Below, piece by piece: positions 56,923 through 64,000 of a stretch of 64,000 nt of DNA. The DNA is taken from NCBI GenBank assembly GCA_964494205.1, contig CAZBRD010000016.1, positions 11,077-75,076 of the forward strand, given 5' to 3'. Made by a program: the position numbers and the translations under genes. How positions within the stretch are numbered: the first letter of the stretch is position 1; each line of letters starts with the position of its first letter. The notes beneath the pieces were generated by a model. That model ran no database searches. It was given only the letters and a program-made list of their open reading frames with translations, and had not been told where the DNA came from. Source of the DNA: an uncultured Phycisphaeraceae bacterium (GTDB lineage: Bacteria > Planctomycetota > Phycisphaerae > UBA1845).

Positions 56923-58476
56923 TTACCAGTCGAAGTGGCTCGACAAGCCGCCGCGAAGCTGCTTCTTTCGCTTCTTCGCCTGATGTTGCTTCTGGGCTTC
57001 CGCCATCGCAATGTCATCGTGGCTTGGACCAGACGCAGTCGGTGCAGCCACTTGCTTGATGGACAACGAAATTCGCCGGTTTTCCCTGTCGACGCCGAGC
57101 ACGCGGGCTTCGATTTCCTGTCCCTCGCTGACGACGTCGGCGCAGGTTCTTACCCGCTTGTCCGACATTTCGGAAATGTGCACCATGCCCTCAACGCCGG
57201 GGACCAGTTCGACGAACGCGCCGAAATCAGCGAGTCGCGTGACCTTGCCCCTCACCAGCGATTGCGGCGTGAAGCTGTCGAGCACATTCGCCCACGGATC
57301 CTGCTGTGCCTGTTTCATGCTGAGCGCGATGCGCCGCTTGTCAGCCTCGACGCGGATAATCACCGCGTCCACCAAGTCGCCGGGCTTCACCGCATCCGAC
57401 GCAGCCCGCACGCGCGACCAGCCCATCTCGCTGATCGGAATCAAACCCTCGATGCCCGATTCCAATTCCGCAAACGCGCCGAAATCGGCGATTCGCGTGA
57501 CGCGCACTTTCATCGGTTGACCAACAGTGAATCGATTTTCGACACCGGTCCACGGATCGGGTTGTGCCTGCTTAAGACCAAGCGAAATGCGATCGCGCTT
57601 GCGATCGACTTTGAGCACGAGCACTTCGACTTCCTGCCCGGGAGACAGAACGTCGGACACTTTCTCGACGGGCCTCCAGCTGACATCGCGAATATGAATC
57701 AAGCCATCCACGCCGCCGAGATTCACGAACGCGCCAAACTCAGTAATGTTTCCAACGATACCTTTTCGTGTTTGGCCCGCTTCGAGCTCAGCCAGCAATT
57801 TGTCTTTGTTTTCCGCAAGCTCGCGCTCCATGATCTTGCGGCGGCTGATGAGCACGTTCTTGCTCTTGCGATCAAGTTCGATCACTTCGGCCTTGATGTT
57901 CTGGCCGAGCAATACGGAGATATCTTTCATCGGCACCGCGTCAGCCAGCGAACCCGGCATGAACGCGCGGATGCCCTTGAGATCAACTTCGAGACCGCCC
58001 TTGATCAAACCGGTGACGCGACCTTCGACGATTGTTCCCACCGCGATGTTCGTCCATGTCGCGCGGATGGCTGCACCCTTGCGATTGACCTTGAGCATGC
58101 CGGACTCGGAATCGAGCCCTTCGACTACGACATCCACGCGGCGGCCGATCTCGATCGGTTCCTTCTTGCCGAATTGCGTACGCGGCATCACGCCCTGCGA
58201 TTTCGCGCCGAACTCGAGGAAGATGTCATCATCGGTTATCCCGACAACCGTGCCGATCATCTCCGCGCCTTCGGTGGCTGAATCACTGGGCACTGCACCA
58301 CCGGAAAGTTCCGCAAGGTCGCCAGCATCCATCTGAGCCATCGCGGCAGCCACTTCGCGATCGATTTCATCCATCATCGAATGCGAACTCTTGGTGCCGG
58401 AGGCGGGTGTAGACGGCGAGCCGGGATGAAGCGAAGAACTTTCACCCGCAGATTCGTGAATATTCGTCATAGTCAA
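56923..58476 (-). CDS. Ribosomal protein S1-like protein (five S1 domains)
   Basis: Repeated FGAFV.L..G.DGLIH/RISL.LKQ..DPW units; may be the second planctomycete S1 paralog rather than the main rpsA. Confidence 0.9.
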   Translation of the reverse strand: MTMTNIHESAGESSSLHPGSPSTPASGTKSSHSMMDEIDREVAAAMAQMDAGDLAELSGGAVPSDSATEGAEMIGTVVGITDDDIFLEFGAKSQGVMPRTQFGKKEPIEIGRRVDVVVEGLDSESGMLKVNRKGAAIRATWTNIAVGTIVEGRVTGLIKGGLEVDLKGIRAFMPGSLADAVPMKDISVLLGQNIKAEVIELDRKSKNVLISRRKIMERELAENKDKLLAELEAGQTRKGIVGNITEFGAFVNLGGVDGLIHIRDVSWRPVEKVSDVLSPGQEVEVLVLKVDRKRDRISLGLKQAQPDPWTGVENRFTVGQPMKVRVTRIADFGAFAELESGIEGLIPISEMGWSRVRAASDAVKPGDLVDAVIIRVEADKRRIALSMKQAQQDPWANVLDSFTPQSLVRGKVTRLADFGAFVELVPGVEGMVHISEMSDKRVRTCADVVSEGQEIEARVLGVDRENRRISLSIKQVAAPTASGPSHDDIAMAEAQKQHQAKKRKKQLRGGLSSHFDW

Positions 58477-58869
58477 ACCTTACTCGATACAATTGATTGG
58501 ATGGATGAGAATAGCTAGGCCATCGGTGTCGTGTCATGCAGCTCGGGCAACAACCCGTGCGGATACAGAAACCGCTTCGTCCGCGCCAAGTTTCAGGATT
58601 CGATTTCGACCACTCGGCTGATGAGTCTGCGGTAAGGGACATAAGTAGCCTGCCCCCCCCGTCAAGTCAAGCGAGCGCAACCCGCGTTAATAGTAGTGAA
58701 TCAACGGATTTTAGCCTGTTTTCGACTTTTTCATCACAAAGTTTGCGCAATTGGATAAGGAATCAAGGGAAAGTAATCGTCGGGCAACTTTGATACCCAG
58801 GTAACAGGTTGTCCTTTGGTGGCATTCGCTCAAGAATAATGCCCCGACCACAAAAAGGGGCGAGCGGAA

Positions 58870-60096
58870 TCATGGCGAGCCGCTGGGGGCCATCGTGGTG
58901 ATGACCTTCGCGCGAATTCGGTTACCGCTCTGCTCTACGATTTCGAAGGACAATCCGTTGGCAGAGAGTGACTCAAGCTCGTTGGCCAGCGCATTCAGGT
59001 CATACGCCCAATAGAGTTGGGCGTTGACCGTGTTGTTCACGAACTCGCGCAACTTCACGCCCTCGGAGCCCTGCTGCACACCACGCAGCGCGAGCAACGC
59101 CGGAGTTACCTTCTTCGTAAAGTCAGAGCGCGAGCATCCATCAAACTGGACTTCATAAATCTGGTACGAGGTCAGTTTCTTCTTCCATGCTACTGCTACG
59201 TCGTTAAGAATCTCAGGCGCTTTCTCTTCAGCCAGTTTGGTAAAGCCGCCGTCGCCCGATGCGCCGGGTGACGTCGACATGAACGGCTTGATTGGCTTAT
59301 AGGTATTCGACGCGAGCATCTGACCGGAATCAGCCTGGAACACGCGAACGGTCAGCGTGATGTCCCATTGATAGAGGTCGTGACCGTTCAAGCTCACCAG
59401 CCCGCCGCGACGCGCTTCTGCCTGGCCCATGACGAGCACGTCCGCTTTGAATCCTGCAGCCATGGCGGCTGCCCGGGCGGAATCGCCCTCGGTGGCAGCT
59501 AGGTCGAAGTCGCGCTTCTTCGTGCTGTCGATCGTCGTCTTGTCCATCAGCTGCACGTTGTTCTTGACGAAGAAGTTTTCGATTTTCGACTGCGTGACTC
59601 CGTTGATTTTCGGTGGGATGGGATCGTCGATGTCGTTGTCTTCGGTGATTACCACCACGCAGCGCGGGTTGCCCGCGTCCTCGCGGATGTGCTCGAACAT
59701 GGCTGCCCAATCGACAATGAACTTGCCGACGGAAACGGTGACGAAAGCTTCGCAATAGGAGATCTGGCCGTCGTTCCACTCTCGTTGGACTTTGAAGTCG
59801 GTGATGTAACCGGCGGCTGTGGAGAGAATGCGGTCCTTCTTTACTTCAAAGTCTTGAACGCCGGTTTGTGCGTTGATGTACTCGCCGCAGGCTTGGGACA
59901 CGGCATTGCGCTTTGCGTCTCTCTTGGCTTCATCCTGCGCCTTGAGGTCTGTGCCCGCTGCTTTGCCGGTGACTGTCAGGGATTTGCCCGAACCTTGTGC
60001 ATGCGCGGTGGATGAGCCAAGCCCCATCGGGCACAGCAGCGAAACACACATGGTGAGAATCAACGGTGATGCAAAAGGGATTCGAAGAGACTTCAT
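58870..60096 (-). CDS. Exported protein with FlgT-like N-terminal domain
   Basis: Signal ending AHA; AQDEAKRDAKRNAV..G.YI..ILSTAAGYI resembles FlgT_N/LPP20-type domains; GAGGA RBS. Confidence 0.6.
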   Translation of the reverse strand: MKSLRIPFASPLILTMCVSLLCPMGLGSSTAHAQGSGKSLTVTGKAAGTDLKAQDEAKRDAKRNAVSQACGEYINAQTGVQDFEVKKDRILSTAAGYITDFKVQREWNDGQISYCEAFVTVSVGKFIVDWAAMFEHIREDAGNPRCVVVITEDNDIDDPIPPKINGVTQSKIENFFVKNNVQLMDKTTIDSTKKRDFDLAATEGDSARAAAMAAGFKADVLVMGQAEARRGGLVSLNGHDLYQWDITLTVRVFQADSGQMLASNTYKPIKPFMSTSPGASGDGGFTKLAEEKAPEILNDVAVAWKKKLTSYQIYEVQFDGCSRSDFTKKVTPALLALRGVQQGSEGVKLREFVNNTVNAQLYWAYDLNALANELESLSANGLSFEIVEQSGNRIRAKVITTMAPSGSP

Positions 60097-60190
60097 TATG
60101 ATTCCTCGTATTGGAGCGTCGTCCTTTGTGGGCGACGTTGCGCCGGGGATAAGCCCTGACGCTATAGTTGACCGCTACACGCTCTAATAG

Positions 60191-60649
60191 TTAGACCAAT
60201 TCAACCACCAGCTCCACCTCGACCGGCGAGTTACGCGGCAGCTCCGCAGCGCCCACAGCCGATCGCGCGTGCTTGCCCGCTTCCCCAAAAATCTTGCCGA
60301 GCAAGTCGCTGGCGCCGTTGGCCACCTTGGGTTGATCGGAAAACCCGGGACTGCTGTTGACGTAGACACAAACTCGGACCACGCGCGCGATGCGATCCAC
60401 CCCGCCGGCCACCTGAGCGGCGGCTGCGAGTCCGTTCAGGGCTGCTTGGGCGGCGCATTCGATGGCCTGATCGACGCTGACGTTGCCCGGCACTTTCCCC
60501 GTGTGCGGGAGCGAGCCGTCGATGAACGGCAATTGGCCCGAGGTGAAAACATGCTGGCCGCTGCGCAATGCGGGCACATACATCCCGATCGGTGCAGCCA
60601 CGTTGGGCAACGTGATGTTCAGCTCGCGTAGTTTGTCACTCGGTTTCAT
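60191..60649 (-). CDS. RidA/YjgF family protein
   Basis: YVP...FTSGQLP, ANGASDLL..IFGEAGKHARSAVG..LP..SPVEVE. Confidence 0.93.
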   Translation of the reverse strand: MKPSDKLRELNITLPNVAAPIGMYVPALRSGQHVFTSGQLPFIDGSLPHTGKVPGNVSVDQAIECAAQAALNGLAAAAQVAGGVDRIARVVRVCVYVNSSPGFSDQPKVANGASDLLGKIFGEAGKHARSAVGAAELPRNSPVEVELVVELV

Positions 60650-61616
60650 GCAGCTTCTCCGTCGATCGTTTTCGCTTTTTGTGCCCATTTGCTCCATTTG
60701 TCCCGCCGCGCAGAAAATCGGAATCAACGCCGAGGTCGTCAATGGATGTTTCGCGAATGTTGTCCAATTCTTCGAAGCGATCTTCATCATCACCTATTTC
60801 AAGCTCGTGCGATTCTTCCGTCGCGACAAACTTGGAGCGATCGAACTCGTGGTACTCCGGTCGATCTGCTTCGGCTGCACCGAGGGCAGCCACTTCTTCT
60901 TCCGTGAGGCGGCGAAGCTGAATGGTCGCGAAAGATCGATCTTGCTCCGCGCGTACTTTTCGCTGACGGATCAATTCGAGCAATGCGAGGAAGAGGCCGA
61001 TCATTTCGGGGCGAGCGCGGCCGCGGAAAATCTCTTCGAAGTTCTGCTGCCCGCCTGAGCGATCGAGTGAATCGAGAATGTCGGCTGCATGAAGTGCCAG
61101 GGGTGTGTCATCAACGCCGACCTGATGGAACGGCCCGGTCTTGCCCGTCTGTTCTAGCAGTTTGTTGAAAGCTTCGAACAGGTCCCAGATGTCGACATTG
61201 TCGAGTTCGATTTCGTTTTCGTCGCGCGGAGGCAGCACGGGCGTTCGGGACCATTGCATGGCGCGTTCGTCGGCAGCGTGTTCGAGTGCACGGGCGGCGT
61301 CTTTGATGTCTTTGTATTCGAGGAGTTGTCGCACGAGTTCCGCGCGGGGGTCGAGCATGATCGAGTCGGCTTCCTCCGGTGGCGGCTTCGGCAGCAGCAT
61401 GCGCGACTTGATCTCGAGCAGAGTAGCTGCAAGCACGAGGAACTCACTGACAGCCTCCGGGTCGAGGTGTTGCAGGAGCGCGACGTATTCAATGTATTGC
61501 TCGGTGACCTTTGCGACGGGAATGTTGTAGATGTCCACCTCGTTGCGGCGGATGAGATAGAGCAGCAAGTCGAGCGGGCCGCTGTAGACGTCGAGTTGAA
61601 CTTTGTAGTCTGGCAC
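60636..61616 (-). CDS. scpA: Segregation and condensation protein A
   Basis: YSGPLDLLLYLI, EFLVLAATLLEIKSRMLLP, DPRAELVRQLLEY and FLALLEL motifs. Confidence 0.95.
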   Translation of the reverse strand: MPDYKVQLDVYSGPLDLLLYLIRRNEVDIYNIPVAKVTEQYIEYVALLQHLDPEAVSEFLVLAATLLEIKSRMLLPKPPPEEADSIMLDPRAELVRQLLEYKDIKDAARALEHAADERAMQWSRTPVLPPRDENEIELDNVDIWDLFEAFNKLLEQTGKTGPFHQVGVDDTPLALHAADILDSLDRSGGQQNFEEIFRGRARPEMIGLFLALLELIRQRKVRAEQDRSFATIQLRRLTEEEVAALGAAEADRPEYHEFDRSKFVATEESHELEIGDDEDRFEELDNIRETSIDDLGVDSDFLRGGTNGANGHKKRKRSTEKLHETE

Positions 61617-61623
61617 GTCAACA

Positions 61624-61652
61624 CATCAGAGCCGGGAGCGCAAGCGACCGGT
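61624..61652 (+). repeat. Family C palindrome
   Basis: CATCAGAGCCGGGAGCGCAAGCGACCGGT, identical to 22531-22559. Confidence 0.85.
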
Positions 61653-61664
61653 CAATCCCACCCC

Positions 61665-62057
61665 TCATCCAATCCTCTGCCCGAACGAAAACTCCACCAT
61701 GTTTCCGTCGGGATCAGGCACGCCGCTGTAATACCCGACAATCGGGCCCGCGTCGATCGGCGGCCAAAGGCCCGTTATTCCGTCGGCTTCGCCCTTGCGG
61801 TAAGCGTTGTCGACCTCACTCCGCGAATCGACAGCCATGCCGATGTGCTGCCAGCGAGGCTGAATGTTCTTCTCGTAGGCCTCCTCGATCAGCACGATCA
61901 CGAATTTGGGTGGGTCTTCTCCCCAACCGAGCCAGACGACGCGACTTCCATCGGTGCTGTTGCGATCGTGAACGACGCGCATGTTGCAGAATCGAAGGTA
62001 AAAGGCGATCGATGCATCGGCGTCGCGAACTTGCAGAGCGATGTGCGTGCATTTCAT
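61665..62057 (-). CDS. VOC (glyoxalase/bleomycin resistance) family protein
   Basis: THIALQV.D..ASIAFY, HIGM and DPDGNMVEFS motifs. Confidence 0.92.
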   Translation of the reverse strand: MKCTHIALQVRDADASIAFYLRFCNMRVVHDRNSTDGSRVVWLGWGEDPPKFVIVLIEEAYEKNIQPRWQHIGMAVDSRSEVDNAYRKGEADGITGLWPPIDAGPIVGYYSGVPDPDGNMVEFSFGQRIG

Positions 62058-62225
62058 GGCATCAACCAACCGTGTTGCGTTCAGCAATGAACTGACGGCT
62101 CAAACTGATACGTTGCGATTGATGATACGGTTTCTGTCAAACGCGATGCAATGGCGCGGTCTTGAAAGCGAAGCGGCAATCTGACCGTGAATAAGAAGCG
62201 CGCGTTCTGAAAGGAAGCGTGGGTC

Positions 62226-62495
62226 TTAAGCAAGTATGTCGAGCAAGCGCTCTACGGTGCCGTCGATGCGCCCCGGTGTTTCGAACGTGCCTTCGTTGAT
62301 TTCCGAACGAATGGATTGAACCCATGCGTTTCGAAAGCTGGATGGCGCGAGATTATCTTGCTCGGTTTGTTCCAATTTGCGCGCATCTGCAACGGGCTGC
62401 GGGCGCGGGTGGGGGTGTAATGTGGACTTCGCAAGACTGATCGCAGGAGTTGATTCTGCAATACCGGAGTAGTTCAAGCTGATCGAATAACTCAT
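62226..62495 (-). CDS. flgM: Anti-sigma-28 factor FlgM
   Basis: 89 aa; C-terminal R..WVQSIRSEINEGTFET..RIDGTVERLL matches the FlgM pattern. Confidence 0.75.
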   Translation of the reverse strand: MSYSISLNYSGIAESTPAISLAKSTLHPHPRPQPVADARKLEQTEQDNLAPSSFRNAWVQSIRSEINEGTFETPGRIDGTVERLLDILA

Positions 62496-62985
62496 GACTG
62501 CACACCCCTTACTCTTGCCGGTGGACCTTGTAGTGCTGACCTAGTTTGCCGGTCTTTGATTCCCTTTTGCAAGCACATTTCGCGAGGCAAATTCTGCTCA
62601 TTTTTGCGGGCAATTCGACTCGTTTCGAAGACGCGTTGTTGGTTACCCAGGTTGTTTCAGCACTTCAGTGTGTCGGGCGTCTTCGCGGGAGTTCCGATAT
62701 TGCTTCAACGCTGTTTCTAGTATCGTCGCGGCGGTTTTTCGCGCTTGAACGAAACTACAAAGCTGACATGATTTCACAATTGCGACACACAATACCTAGC
62801 AAGGAGAATCGCTGTTTCCAACGAGATATTGCGGTTTATGTCGTTTTCGCGCGGCGGAAATTGCCGCGATTTCATAGAAGCGTAATTTAGTCGTAATCTC
62901 GATGGATCTCAGTTTTTCGCGAACGCGTTTCCCAATACTGAAAACGCGGTACGTATTTTTCTGCTGATTTGAAGGAAATTCCAGC

Positions 62986-64000
62986 CTAATTGTCTAGCGC
63001 CTGAAGCGTGACTTTGGTTTGGCGCTCCTTGCCGTCACGGATGTAGGTCACCGCGACTTCGTCACCGACCTGAAAGCGGGCCAATGCGTCGAGCAGATCT
63101 GATTGTTGCTGAATACGATCATTCGCAACTTGAACGATGATGTCGCCGAGTTGCGACGGCAAGCCATTCGCAATCGTCGTACCGCGAAGCCCCGCGCGAC
63201 CGGCTGCACTCTGGGGCGAGACTTCCAGAAGCAGCACGCCCACGATGTTCATTCGTCTTGTGTACACGTCGGGCACGGTGGTTACGCCCAGGCCAGGTCG
63301 AGTCACGCGACCGAATCGTATGATCTCGAGCACAACCTGGTTGACCGTATCAATCGGCACCGCGAAGCCGATTCCCGCGCTCACGCCCGACGGGCTCGCA
63401 ATCTGCGTGTTCACCCCAATGAGCCGACCCGCGCTGTCGAGCAACGGTCCACCGGAGTTTCCCGGGTTGATGGCTGCGTCCGTTTGAATCACGTCGGAGA
63501 TCCGGCGATCGTTGACGGACGTGATTTGACGACCCAATGCGCTGACCACGCCGGTCGTCAGTGTTTGATCCAGGCCGAATGGGTTGCCAATGGCAATGAC
63601 CTTTTGGCCCACCTGCAAGTTGTCGGATTGGCCGATGGGAAGCGGCGTGAGTTTGTCGCGTGGCGCATCCACTTTCAGGACCGCGATGTCCTTGTCGGGG
63701 GCGCGTCCCACAATCTTCGCAGGATAAGAGGTCTGATCGGCGAAGGTGACTTCAATGGCGTCGGCTCCGTAGACCACATGATAATTGGTGACGACGTGAC
63801 CTTCGGTATCATACACGAATCCCGAACCTGACCCGCGCGGGATTTCGAAGACGTCGAGGCTCAGCATGTTCCGCCGGACGTTCAGGCTTGTGATTTGAAC
63901 GACAGCCGGTGACGATTGGCGGAACACGTCGATCGTGGCCTTCTCGTCGCTGGCCAAATCGCCACGGGCAGCAACAGGCTGCGGCTTGTAATGCGGGTTG
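62986..64000 (-). CDS. HtrA/DegS-like S1C serine protease with one PDZ domain (5' end outside window)
   Basis: GSGSGF, TNYHV, DIAVL and IQTDAAINPGNSGGPL motifs; frame stays open to the window edge. Confidence 0.95.
   Translation of the reverse strand, partial: NPHYKPQPVAARGDLASDEKATIDVFRQSSPAVVQITSLNVRRNMLSLDVFEIPRGSGSGFVYDTEGHVVTNYHVVYGADAIEVTFADQTSYPAKIVGRAPDKDIAVLKVDAPRDKLTPLPIGQSDNLQVGQKVIAIGNPFGLDQTLTTGVVSALGRQITSVNDRRISDVIQTDAAINPGNSGGPLLDSAGRLIGVNTQIASPSGVSAGIGFAVPIDTVNQVVLEIIRFGRVTRPGLGVTTVPDVYTRRMNIVGVLLLEVSPQSAAGRAGLRGTTIANGLPSQLGDIIVQVANDRIQQQSDLLDALARFQVGDEVAVTYIRDGKERQTKVTLQALDN

Noticed and set aside
56344-58281. 645-aa plus-strand ORF
   Set aside because: Antisense shadow of the S1 and fabZ genes; no motifs, and such shadows are expected from GC-rich codon bias
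62546-62890. 114-aa ORF between flgM and htrA
   Set aside because: TTG start without RBS, atypical composition and no motif; probably a regulatory region

Overview
Core-genome window from a GC-rich bacterium, most likely Planctomycetota class Phycisphaerae. The taxonomy is inferred from CxxCGYxLxGL..RCPECG zinc-ribbon membrane proteins, DDGxGPALY propeller repeats, dockerin-like modules, a prepilin/H-X9-DG protein and a long ACP. Housekeeping genes dominate: typA, rimO-pgsA-uppP, rluA-family, clpS, maf, aroB, folC, rnd, gyrA, hpf-PTS operon, rne, acp-fabZ-S1, scpA, flgM and a partial htrA. The most striking non-housekeeping signal is a REP-associated tyrosine transposase (RAYT) bracketed by inverted 33-bp palindromes. 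Its variant copies flank ptsI, and the window holds at least five other hairpin-repeat/MITE families showing compensatory base changes. One repeat is inserted in frame inside a protein, one has a TAA target duplication at the hpf stop codon, and many are piled up in a 1.4-kb hot spot. Other points of interest are a structured ~225-nt leader upstream of hpf, a PAS chemoreceptor split by one in-frame TGA, an unannotated three-gene lipoprotein operon facing a patatin lipase, cohesin/dockerin-like secreted proteins and a stand-alone 10-heme cytochrome. No CRISPR array, rRNA or canonical tRNA was found. All assignments are by eye and from motif recall, with no database searches.
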